Source: a virus (lineage: Duplodnaviria > Caudoviricetes). Taken from it: a stretch of 54,252 bases of DNA. Positions 1 to 7,759 of this stretch are shown one piece after another (position 1 is the first letter of the stretch; every line of letters starts with the position of its first letter). The notes under the pieces were generated by a model that did not search any database, was not told where the DNA came from, and was given only the letters and a program-made list of their open reading frames with translations. The translations under genes and the position numbers were made by a program. The stretch is taken from the IMG/VR virus record IMGVR_UViG_3300021373_002055, positions 1 to 54,252 of that record. One strand, written 5' to 3'.

Positions 1-110
1 CCAGCTTTATCGTTTTGTTCTTCGGGTGTCCAGTTATTCATTCTATAATCATAATTCTTACTATGAAATATAATAGACCTTTCCCTTTCAGTTAATTCTT
101 CTTTACTCAT
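1..110 (-). CDS. hypothetical protein, partial (runs off the left edge)
   Basis: ATG at 110 overlaps the TGA of 107..322; reads MSKEELTERERSIIFHSKNYDYRMNNWTPEEQNDKA with no stop before base 1. Confidence 0.6.
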   Translation of the reverse strand, partial: MSKEELTERERSIIFHSKNYDYRMNNWTPEEQNDKA

Positions 111-322
111 CTTTCTAATATTACAAATGATCCGAAGTTTTTATCAAATACTTCTAGTAAATTTTCATAATCTCCTGACGTCATTTCTTCTTGAAGTTTA
201 TTCCAATTCAATCCTAATTGCTGAGCATATGATTTAGCATAACCTAATAATACAAATGCATTGCCATCTGGACCTGTTAGGTCTATGATGATTTCTTTTT
301 TGGGTTGTTTCTTTCTTATCAT
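107..322 (-). CDS. small conserved phage hypothetical protein
   Basis: 71 aa; IDLTGPDGNAFVLLG motif recurrent in phage proteins. Confidence 0.75.
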   Translation of the reverse strand: MIRKKQPKKEIIIDLTGPDGNAFVLLGYAKSYAQQLGLNWNKLQEEMTSGDYENLLEVFDKNFGSFVILER

Positions 323-340
323 AGTGTTTAAAATTATAGT

Positions 341-390
341 AAAAGGGCTACTCGTCCTTCCGGTGCACCGGTGCTTTCACCCCTCAGCTA
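341..390 (-). other. GC-rich intergenic element with hairpin potential (possible terminator or structured RNA)
   Basis: 12-bp palindrome CCGGTGCACCGG (360-371), GGTG-AAAG-CACC hairpin on minus strand, ends CCCTTTT; lies just after the AAA ATPase stop. Confidence 0.35.
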
Positions 391-397
391 TGAAAAA

Positions 398-1546
398 TTA
401 GTCTGCAATATTAAAAATATCTTGATCTTCTGTTGCCATATGTTTCTGAATAACCTGCTTGACAAATGTTCTTTCAGAGTCACTGCCACCCGTTGGGTCA
501 AAGAATGGTAGTATTGCTACCTGTGTGGCTTCTGCTAAATCGAATCCGTCTACTAGCAAATCACAAAGTCTAACAGTCATACGAGTTGAAACCATAGTGC
601 TAAGTTTGCCTTCTTCTGATCTCCATTCTTTTCGGGTTGTGTCAGCAATATCAGCTACCGATTCAATTAGCTCTGTGTCTAGACTCGGAAAACGTTTTTG
701 CAACAACATTTGCTCTTGGGCTTGATTGAGAATGTCTACTTCAATAATTTCAAAACGATCCATCAAGGCTCTGTCTAATACCCGGCTTGAAGTATACTCT
801 GTTCCAATATTAGCAGTTGCAATAAAACATACGCCTTCTGCTACTTTGATAATTGGACTGTCTATAGATTCATCGAGCCTCAAATAGCGTTGCTCTTCGT
901 CTAACACCGTCATCAATATGTTCCAAGCTTCTGGATGTGCTCTAGATAATTCGTCTAATAATATAATAGCATTGGGTGTCTCTAATGCTTTAACAAACGG
1001 GGACTTGTCAAATAAAGTCTCTCCTTTCTTAAAATGAGTATTACCAATCAAAGCCGCTCTAGGGTCTTGTGTCGATCCCAAATTGAAATAAAAGAATGGC
1101 TTATCGGTGGCTTCAGGCAGACTCTTTGCGGCTTGTGTCTTACCACAACCAGCAGGTCCAACCATCATTATGTTTTTGCCTCGTACTGTGGACCTAACTA
1201 AATATTTCCATTTGACGTCTGACATCTCCAATGTGTCAGGTTTAATACTAGGAGCATTTTTAATAAATGCAATCACCGGATCATTGTCTTTGACTTTGGC
1301 TCTCGGAGCTTCACTAACATCATCTTTAGGTAAGTCTGACAATTCAATTCGTTTACCTCTACCGGTTTCTTCATTAAATTCTAATGCTTGATTGTTTTCG
1401 TGAGCCAAGCGAATCATGTCTGGCCTAAATAGATGTGTAATGTCTTTGCTACTATCTACTTGGAATACTGTATACACAGTTTCTTCGCCGGTTGAGATTG
1501 ATGGGATTGTTGATGATACGATTGTACCATAAATTTTGTTTTTCAT
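398..1546 (-). CDS. MoxR/CbbQ/CobS-like AAA+ ATPase
   Basis: Walker A GPAGCGKT, Walker B ILLDELSR, ATAN sensor, LDRALMDRF arginine finger, STR motif. Confidence 0.85.
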   Translation of the reverse strand: MKNKIYGTIVSSTIPSISTGEETVYTVFQVDSSKDITHLFRPDMIRLAHENNQALEFNEETGRGKRIELSDLPKDDVSEAPRAKVKDNDPVIAFIKNAPSIKPDTLEMSDVKWKYLVRSTVRGKNIMMVGPAGCGKTQAAKSLPEATDKPFFYFNLGSTQDPRAALIGNTHFKKGETLFDKSPFVKALETPNAIILLDELSRAHPEAWNILMTVLDEEQRYLRLDESIDSPIIKVAEGVCFIATANIGTEYTSSRVLDRALMDRFEIIEVDILNQAQEQMLLQKRFPSLDTELIESVADIADTTRKEWRSEEGKLSTMVSTRMTVRLCDLLVDGFDLAEATQVAILPFFDPTGGSDSERTFVKQVIQKHMATEDQDIFNIAD

Positions 1547-1573
1547 AACTGATTATTTAATATTTATACTATT

Positions 1574-1602
1574 AATATAAATAAAAAAAATCAATTATCC
1601 AA
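1574..1602 (-). promoter_or_regulatory. class A promoter candidate TTGGAT-N17-TATATT
   Basis: one of ten elements with identical 17-nt spacing upstream of operon heads. Confidence 0.6.
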
Positions 1603-1607
1603 GCATT

Positions 1608-1958
1608 TTACCATTTACGACAAGACCAATATCTTGCTTTGTGTCTTGGTCCTGGATTATCGCAGTTGTGTCTTGCTCTGAATGACTTACGAGCTTTAGG
1701 ATTGTTTTTTCTGATTCGCATGGTTTTCTGTCCTGCTTTTTTTGCAGAGGTTCCACCATGACCAAAGTTTACTTTAACCACGTTACCTTTTGGATTCTTA
1801 ACATACACTTTGAATTTTTTAACATCGCCTCGCATTGGCTTTCCAAGTTTAACTTTACGTCCTCGGTATTCGGCTTCATTAACATCTGGTTTATACTCTC
1901 GTATAAATTGTATGAACTCTTTTATGTCATGATAATTTTCTACAATATATTCTTGCAT
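1608..1958 (-). CDS. basic conserved viral protein, possibly virion-internal
   Basis: KVNFG...ARKSFRARHNC...KARYWSC motif typical of aquatic viruses; very Lys/Arg rich. Confidence 0.7.
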   Translation of the reverse strand: MQEYIVENYHDIKEFIQFIREYKPDVNEAEYRGRKVKLGKPMRGDVKKFKVYVKNPKGNVVKVNFGHGGTSAKKAGQKTMRIRKNNPKARKSFRARHNCDNPGPRHKARYWSCRKW

Positions 1959-1959
1959 C

Positions 1960-2709
1960 TTACAAATCCTGTCTTATTCCTAGTTTAGGTAGCATTGTTC
2001 GCCACCGCTTTATTATTTTTTCTTTTTCTTCGTTAGTCAACGTTCCATTGTCGACCCATATGTCTAAATATGAATTGATTACTTCAGCAAATGGTTTACG
2101 TTCTTTCTTGGCTCTAAAATACAATCCCTGAATCATTGCTGGTTGTTCTTTTTGTAACAGCCAATAATTTATAGTGTCGATGTCGCCTCGATTAATTTTG
2201 TTTCTTCGAGCCATATCCGATCTCAAATACTTGCCTTGTTTAACATTCCATCCACTCTGTGTTATGTGTTCAATTTCATGACGAAGTATGTCTTTGAGGT
2301 CCATTGATACTTCGGAAAGTACTCTCGGATATTGTTCTGGATCTATTTCAAGTCTAACTTCGATTAGTGGAGGAGTGTCTGCCTTTGCCGGGTCTTTTGC
2401 TGAGTCATTGAATGCGTCCCCGCCATAACGATATGCATTGAGTCCTTCTACCCATTGTATTTTGAGAGTCAGATAAAATTCTAATTGCACATTAGGTGCT
2501 TCAATCTCTTCGAAGTATATTTCTGGATGTTCTTCTATATGTGGTACGGACTCTCCTTTTGCAAAAAACGTTTTCTTTCCTGCAAACATACCGTCCTCTG
2601 ATTCAACACAAGAATAACTGTTTTTAACTACACTTAACAACGTGTTAGATAGTTTAGTTACCAGACTGTCATAACGGCCTTCTACAATTAATGCTTTCAT
2701 TGATATCAT
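1960..2709 (-). CDS. putative zincin-like metallopeptidase with N-terminal leader
   Basis: HExxH motif ILRHEIEHITQ with downstream Glu (KEQPA); starts MISMKALIVE. Confidence 0.55.
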   Translation of the reverse strand: MISMKALIVEGRYDSLVTKLSNTLLSVVKNSYSCVESEDGMFAGKKTFFAKGESVPHIEEHPEIYFEEIEAPNVQLEFYLTLKIQWVEGLNAYRYGGDAFNDSAKDPAKADTPPLIEVRLEIDPEQYPRVLSEVSMDLKDILRHEIEHITQSGWNVKQGKYLRSDMARRNKINRGDIDTINYWLLQKEQPAMIQGLYFRAKKERKPFAEVINSYLDIWVDNGTLTNEEKEKIIKRWRTMLPKLGIRQDL

Positions 2710-2715
2710 ATATTA

Positions 2716-2723
2716 ATAAATAT
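2716..2723 (-). promoter_or_regulatory. class B (late-type) motif ATATTTAT
   Basis: 6 nt upstream of the ATG at 2709; same octamer recurs before other operon heads. Confidence 0.5.
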
Positions 2724-3271
2724 CATTCAAGTAAATTGTAGTTCCAATAACGTTCTTTGTCTTCGTTATATGGATTTCCTGATTGTTGATAGTAACAGTT
2801 CATGCAAAGCATTTGCAGATTGTCTATACAATGGTTAGTCGTATCTCCGTCTTTATGATCTAATAAAAGAGGCACAGTGTCATCTGTTATGCGACGTTCT
2901 TCATAACCACAACTAGCACATTTTTCTGGCAGTATGGCTAATGCTAAAAGTCTATTGCGCAGTTTCCATATAGGATACTTAGGATGTTTGCCTAAAAGTA
3001 TATTGTCTATACTATACACTCCTCGATTGGCTTTGACTACATCTTTAGGTATTCCAACTCCGAATTGATTTTTATGAAGTTCATACAATGTCTTACCAGT
3101 AGCTCTGTCAGTATACATTCGAGCATATTTTTTATAAGATGTAAATGATATCTTAAGAAAACGAGCTGCAGCTGCATTGGACTTAGTATTTTCCATTGCA
3201 TAGCGTATATCAGACTCAGGCACATTTAACGCCGTTCTTCCTTGACCATATACATACTTATATTCACTCAT
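2723..3271 (-). CDS. HNH endonuclease-family protein with N-terminal HTH-like region
   Basis: CASC...LDHKDGDTTNHCIDNLQMLCMNCY; N-terminal NAAAARFLKISFTSYKKY. Confidence 0.8.
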   Translation of the reverse strand: MSEYKYVYGQGRTALNVPESDIRYAMENTKSNAAAARFLKISFTSYKKYARMYTDRATGKTLYELHKNQFGVGIPKDVVKANRGVYSIDNILLGKHPKYPIWKLRNRLLALAILPEKCASCGYEERRITDDTVPLLLDHKDGDTTNHCIDNLQMLCMNCYYQQSGNPYNEDKERYWNYNLLE

Positions 3272-3657
3272 TAATATACACCTTGTTTTCTTAAATATTC
3301 AACAGTATCTCTAATTGATGTTTTTTTAGAATATAATTCTTGTAATTCTGGTTTTAGTTTTAATGTGAAATCTACAAACGTTCTGTGATATACTCCACTC
3401 TTTTTTTGTACCGCGGCTATCCAATATGAATATACTGGGAAGTCATCATCAAAGCGATTGGCATCCGTACGGTTATTCATATACTCAATTTGATCTTTCA
3501 GTGGCCATAAGTTAAAAGGTACATCTGGTGACTTGCGTCGAGTTGGTAATAAGTCTTTGTGTTTATTACGTTTTTCGTTTCTAGTAATAAATTTATCCAT
3601 CATATTGATAGATCTGTCTTTTGGCGATTCGCCACTATGTGCTGCTTTCTTTCCCAT
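3271..3657 (-). CDS. hypothetical protein
   Basis: 128 aa ORF coupled to neighbours. Confidence 0.65.
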   Translation of the reverse strand: MGKKAAHSGESPKDRSINMMDKFITRNEKRNKHKDLLPTRRKSPDVPFNLWPLKDQIEYMNNRTDANRFDDDFPVYSYWIAAVQKKSGVYHRTFVDFTLKLKPELQELYSKKTSIRDTVEYLRKQGVY

Positions 3658-3838
3658 CGTTTGGTTTATTTTTATTTAATAATATAACTAATTTGCGCCA
3701 AGCATCTTCTGCTCGGTATATGTATTTTTTAAATTTAACTACGTTTTGTTGAGTTCTGGCGATCTGTGCCCACTTCATGTTTCGGTGATATGTAGCATGA
3801 AGAAATCCTATACGTATTGTTCTTATAAGTTTAAACAT
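3635..3838 (-). CDS. hypothetical protein
   Basis: 67 aa basic ORF filling the gap in the operon. Confidence 0.55.
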   Translation of the reverse strand: MFKLIRTIRIGFLHATYHRNMKWAQIARTQQNVVKFKKYIYRAEDAWRKLVILLNKNKPNDGKESST

Positions 3839-4097
3839 TTTTCTTTTGTTTTTTTACAATAACCGTTAATCCATTTTTAACTAAGTTTTCCCAAACTGAA
3901 TAACAGTTGTCATAGTTGTCTACGAATATAGAACATTTGCCGTTATTATGTGTTAATAAAGCACATTGGTTGGCTTGATATTCATTGTGCCCACATAATT
4001 CAACTAAGCACGTCATAACGTGATCGAAACTAACCGATTCGTCGTTGTGAAGTATTAATTCAAATTTACCTCTAGGCTTTGATTGTTTTTTGGACAT
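3831..4097 (-). CDS. clpS: ATP-dependent Clp protease adaptor ClpS
   Basis: LILHNDESVSFDHVMTCLVELCGHNEYQANQCALLTHNNGKC matches the ClpS core, Cys-containing Bacteroidota type; likely start MSKKQ at 4097. Confidence 0.85.
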   Translation of the reverse strand: MSKKQSKPRGKFELILHNDESVSFDHVMTCLVELCGHNEYQANQCALLTHNNGKCSIFVDNYDNCYSVWENLVKNGLTVIVKKQKKNV

Positions 4098-4275
4098 CTC
4101 TAATAATTGAACATTGTTCATATAACTCTAATTCTATTGCATATTCAAGGCTTTCGTCTAAAAATTTTTGTTTGCGTGTGTCGTCCCATCTTTCTGGCCA
4201 TTCCCAATCTGTAGTTTTCATGTGATTGATTGACCGTTTAAATAGAACCTCAACAAAATTTCTTGCTTCTTCCAT
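4072..4275 (-). CDS. small protein with UVR-like C-terminal motif
   Basis: AIELELYEQCSIIRD resembles the UvrB/UvrC hairpin (E-x-Y-E-x-A-x-x-x-R-D). Confidence 0.55.
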   Translation of the reverse strand: MEEARNFVEVLFKRSINHMKTTDWEWPERWDDTRKQKFLDESLEYAIELELYEQCSIIRDVQKTIKA

Positions 4276-4280
4276 AATAT

Positions 4281-4309
4281 ATAATAATAAATATTAGGCA
4301 AAGACCCAA
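4281..4309 (-). promoter_or_regulatory. class A promoter candidate TTGGGT-N17-TATTAT
   Basis: 17-nt spacing, just upstream of ATG 4275; also contains ATATTTAT. Confidence 0.5.
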
Positions 4310-4312
4310 ATA

Positions 4313-4840
4313 CTATTTTTTAGATTTTTCTAATTGATCAGCATAGTACTTGAATCTATTATAATTCCATTGCATACGCTTTTTGATACCGGGTGCACCC
4401 GTTTTATATTCATTATGATTGATGTACTCTTGTGCGGCATCTTTCCAATTATTTTGTTTCATATACTGTACTGTGTTATGAGTACTTTTCAATTCTCCAC
4501 GAAACATTGCGTTAATTAATGCCTGTTTGACATACTTTGGAAGTGTGTTAAAATTTATACCTAATGTATTTTTAATTTTACTAATAGCTTTAGACACATC
4601 CATTAATAGTAAGGTAGTTGCTTCTTTTTCTGTTATTCCTTGTGAATAGTCATCCGTCGACTTCATTTTATGACCATAAGCAATAGTATCAGTTCCGCCT
4701 TCTAAACTTCCATGGGGGAACCACTTTTTCTTTTCTTTGTCCCAGCCTCGTTTAATAGAGTTTTCAAAATATTTTAACAGATCAAGAAAACTAGTAGTAG
4801 TTACCAATGATTCATTTAATATGTTATTTAGTCTAATCAT
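4313..4840 (-). CDS. phage lysozyme (GH24/T4-lysozyme-like) with N-terminal leader
   Basis: LKYFEN...GGTDTIAYGHK, ITEKEATTLL, ALINAMF, WKDAAQE; starts MIRLNNILNE. Confidence 0.8.
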   Translation of the reverse strand: MIRLNNILNESLVTTTSFLDLLKYFENSIKRGWDKEKKKWFPHGSLEGGTDTIAYGHKMKSTDDYSQGITEKEATTLLLMDVSKAISKIKNTLGINFNTLPKYVKQALINAMFRGELKSTHNTVQYMKQNNWKDAAQEYINHNEYKTGAPGIKKRMQWNYNRFKYYADQLEKSKK

Positions 4841-5565
4841 TTTAAATCTACATGAAAATGTGGAGCCGATTTTCCTCGTTCATCAATGTAACTACTAATT
4901 AATCCGTTGTCCTTTGCATAGTCTAAAAATTTAATAACGTTGTTATTATTTTTGCCATACTTACCTCCTCGGAACAATGATAGATCTATTGCTTTACCAG
5001 ATTGGTGTCTAGACATATATTTGCCTTGTTTTTCCATGTTTTTTAAAAATGCAATTGCTTTCCGCTTTGCTTTATTTGGCTTATCTTCATGTTCTATAAA
5101 AATAGCCTCAATTGGATCACCAGCCCATCTACCATATCCAACACCTCCCTCACTTCTAGGTTTTAGGTAATTTTTATCTCCACTCCATTGCGCCCATATT
5201 GCATTAATTTGTCTTTCAGGCCCTCGATATCCAGATGTCACTACTGGACCTATAGGTCCTAGATTAGTATTAGCATCCATCCATTGAGTATATGCATTAG
5301 CAAAATTTCTAACTTTGCCTCGTATGCCTCTTAAATTAATATCTTTTGTTTGCCAATATGAACCTCTACGTTTACGAACTGTTCTATTGCGCACATACTT
5401 CCAATCATCAGCTTTAGTAGTTTGTTTGCCTGTAGATTTATCAAATACAATATTGATCTGTTCTAGATTTTGTATTGGTGGATCACCAATGTCGTACATG
5501 TCTATAGAAACCGCAGGACCGCCTTCTTGTGTAGATTCTAATAATATGTTTTTAAGTCGTATCAT
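4837..5565 (-). CDS. peptidase M15-like Zn peptidoglycan peptidase with N-terminal leader
   Basis: VTSGYR..RQ, SRHQSGKAIDL and HFHV motifs; starts MIRLKNILLE. Confidence 0.8.
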   Translation of the reverse strand: MIRLKNILLESTQEGGPAVSIDMYDIGDPPIQNLEQINIVFDKSTGKQTTKADDWKYVRNRTVRKRRGSYWQTKDINLRGIRGKVRNFANAYTQWMDANTNLGPIGPVVTSGYRGPERQINAIWAQWSGDKNYLKPRSEGGVGYGRWAGDPIEAIFIEHEDKPNKAKRKAIAFLKNMEKQGKYMSRHQSGKAIDLSLFRGGKYGKNNNNVIKFLDYAKDNGLISSYIDERGKSAPHFHVDLK

Positions 5566-5570
5566 TTTAT

Positions 5571-5578
5571 ATAAATAT
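5571..5578 (-). promoter_or_regulatory. class B motif ATATTTAT
   Basis: 5 nt upstream of ATG 5565. Confidence 0.5.
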
Positions 5579-5589
5579 AAACAAATTGA

Positions 5590-5718
5590 TTATCTGCCTT
5601 GTCCTTTGTATTTAGACTTATGACCATTCTGTCCTTTACTGGCATTCTTTGAATGAACACCTGGACGTTTCTTTTTTTGTGTGTCTTGTTTTCCTATAGA
5701 TATGTTTCTTATTGCCAT
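5590..5718 (-). CDS. 42-aa basic protein (missing from ORF track)
   Basis: MAIRNISIGKQDTQKKKRPGVHSKNASKGQNGHKSKYKGQGR; TAATG overlap with upstream stop. Confidence 0.75.
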   Translation of the reverse strand: MAIRNISIGKQDTQKKKRPGVHSKNASKGQNGHKSKYKGQGR

Positions 5719-5939
5719 TATTTTTTCTTTTTCTTTTTAGACTTATTGCCCCAATTTTTTGCACCTTTCTTTCTGCATTGCACTAATGCACCAGATGCAT
5801 AAGCAGACGGCCATACTTTATAACGTCGTTTTACTTTGTGATAACAAGCGTCTCGTTTTTTCTTTTTCTTTTTACTCTTGCGTTTCTTTTTACGCTTTTC
5901 ATCAAGAGCAACTTCCAATAAGTCTTTGAGTCGTATCAT
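5718..5939 (-). CDS. very basic small protein with N-terminal leader
   Basis: poly-Lys tracts around DACYHKVKRRYKVWPSAYASGALVQCRK; starts MIRLKDLLE. Confidence 0.75.
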   Translation of the reverse strand: MIRLKDLLEVALDEKRKKKRKSKKKKKKRDACYHKVKRRYKVWPSAYASGALVQCRKKGAKNWGNKSKKKKKK

Positions 5940-6313
5940 TTTGATTTACCCCATTTTGTACCTCTACCTGGATCATCACACGCTGCTGGGGTCTTTCTGC
6001 AATCAGGACTTTTTTTACGTCCTTTCCCGGCACAAGCTTTACATTTTATTCTTCTGCCTGTTTTTTTGCTACGCTTACATGTATTGCAATCTATCCAACC
6101 TTTGCCTTTGTTGCGACTAAACCATTTTTTTAGATCTTCATCAATCTCATCTTCATACATGATCATTTGATCTTTATCAGAAAATCCGTCATCTGGAAGT
6201 TTTGCTTCTCGTTTAACGCAATTAGGAACACGCTTACCGAACATGGTTTTCATGCCCTTCTTCTCATAGCCTTTCCAGCATTTTTCTGATAATAATGGTT
6301 TAAGTTTTATCAC
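5936..6313 (-). CDS. Cys-rich basic protein with N-terminal leader
   Basis: GTG start at 6313, 2 nt after the upstream stop, gives MIKLKPLLSE; CWKGY...VPNCVK motif and CxxC pairs. Confidence 0.7.
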   Translation of the reverse strand: MIKLKPLLSEKCWKGYEKKGMKTMFGKRVPNCVKREAKLPDDGFSDKDQMIMYEDEIDEDLKKWFSRNKGKGWIDCNTCKRSKKTGRRIKCKACAGKGRKKSPDCRKTPAACDDPGRGTKWGKSK

Positions 6314-6315
6314 AA

Positions 6316-6822
6316 TTATATTCCTGCTTTGCGTGCCCATTCTTTTGAAACTTTATCTGAATCAATTGGTCCACCTTTAGCCCACGTGTCACACGTTCTA
6401 GCTGAATGGCATTTGAAATGATGCATCCAACAATATCCAAATCCTACGTATGCATCTTCTGGCATACCTGGAAAGTCTGATGCTGGTAAATCAGCCATCA
6501 TGCTATCTGCAACATCCATTGGGTCAGCATCTTCTAAATCTTCTGGAGCTTCGACAGTAGGTAAACACTTTTGCATTCTTTGTGAAATATCAAATGCTAC
6601 ACAATTACCACAACGCATACCTCGAGCTTCTGCAGGAGTAGCACCTTCCCATTCTTCACTCATCTTTTCCCAGTAACCATCACTTTCTGCAGATGGATTC
6701 ATTGGACCATATGCATGTTTTTTCCTAGTGCTGTTTCTGTTTTTAGTGTTGAGATCAACGTCTTGAGTTGCTGCTGGACATTTAGTTTCAGCTTCGATTA
6801 GTATGTGTTTTAATTTTTTCAT
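6316..6822 (-). CDS. Cys-rich putative metal- or Fe-S-binding protein with N-terminal leader
   Basis: CPAATQD...CGNCVAF...GYCWMHHFKCHSARTCDTW; starts MKKLKHILIE. Confidence 0.7.
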   Translation of the reverse strand: MKKLKHILIEAETKCPAATQDVDLNTKNRNSTRKKHAYGPMNPSAESDGYWEKMSEEWEGATPAEARGMRCGNCVAFDISQRMQKCLPTVEAPEDLEDADPMDVADSMMADLPASDFPGMPEDAYVGFGYCWMHHFKCHSARTCDTWAKGGPIDSDKVSKEWARKAGI

Positions 6823-6836
6823 TAATGTCTTTTATA

Positions 6837-6844
6837 ATAAATAT
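6837..6844 (-). promoter_or_regulatory. class B motif ATATTTAT
   Basis: 14 nt upstream of ATG 6822. Confidence 0.5.
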
Positions 6845-6852
6845 TAATTGTT

Positions 6853-7575
6853 TTAATTTGAACTAGATACTGCGGATGCTAATCTTGTGAAGCTGTGAAC
6901 TCTCCATCCGTTGCCACCCATACTTCTAATCATGAGTGAATCTGTTTGACGTAATCCAGCATCAGTGTCTAATGTTAATTTATCTACATTTAACAATGCA
7001 TCAGTACTATTAGTAGCATATGAAATACCAGATATCTTTGAAGAACCACTTTGTATTACAAATTTGGCAGTACTCCCTCCAATTGCAGCAATATCAAATG
7101 TATACTCATATCCTAAATATGTATCATCACCATCGTTAGCTGCTGGTAGTTGCACTGTAATAGTTTGAGTATCAGACGACAATAGTACCCGAGTCCGACC
7201 GCCGGCGGGTAAGCTACCTAAGTTAGGTCCTAATGTTACTGTAGAAGGTCCAATTGTAGTAGTTGGTAGTATTATTTGAGAAGCTGACTGAAAATTAACT
7301 TCTGACCCAGAGACTAATAAACTTCCTGTTATGACAGCATCTCCATTAAATGGAAATCCAGATCCAGCACCAGCATTTTCTGCATATGAAGCAGTAACAG
7401 CATATGAAGCACTTGTTATAGTTCCAGCATATGTTCCATTAAATGAACCAGTAAATGACCCGGTAGCTACAACTTCTGTAGTCGCGGTGCCATCTAATGC
7501 ATCAATGATGCGAGTTATATGTTCTGCCTTACTGGTTAATCCGTCTTGTATACCTGTTTTACTTATTGTTGCCAT
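6853..7575 (-). CDS. probable virion structural or fibre protein
   Basis: G/S/T/A-rich with TGSFTGSF and SASYAVTASYA repeats. Confidence 0.65.
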   Translation of the reverse strand: MATISKTGIQDGLTSKAEHITRIIDALDGTATTEVVATGSFTGSFNGTYAGTITSASYAVTASYAENAGAGSGFPFNGDAVITGSLLVSGSEVNFQSASQIILPTTTIGPSTVTLGPNLGSLPAGGRTRVLLSSDTQTITVQLPAANDGDDTYLGYEYTFDIAAIGGSTAKFVIQSGSSKISGISYATNSTDALLNVDKLTLDTDAGLRQTDSLMIRSMGGNGWRVHSFTRLASAVSSSN

Positions 7576-7750
7576 TTACATTCCTTTTCTTATACATGGG
7601 CCAATTCTTAGTTTTTTCATTGAGCCAATCTTGTCTTTCATCACACCCACAATCTTCGTCTAATAGTTTAGCAATTTTTTCTGTTAATTGATCTAATCGT
7701 GTTGCTGATGTAATCTTTTTAATGTCGTCTCCTAATCCTCTAGATTTCAT
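7559..7750 (-). CDS. small conserved phage protein with CGC motif
   Basis: SRGLGDDI...DCGCDERQDWLN. Confidence 0.7.
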   Translation of the reverse strand: MKSRGLGDDIKKITSATRLDQLTEKIAKLLDEDCGCDERQDWLNEKTKNWPMYKKRNVNGNNK

Positions 7751-7759
7751 ATAATGTCC

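Noticed and set aside
341-390. Hammerhead ribozyme (CTGAGGG...GAAA)
   Set aside because: Core does not match CUGANGA and the required stems cannot be formed
398-1546. AAA ATPase as a cobalamin-biosynthesis CobS serving NrdJ
   Set aside because: Only generic MoxR-family motifs; no CobT/vWA partner or cob genes in the window
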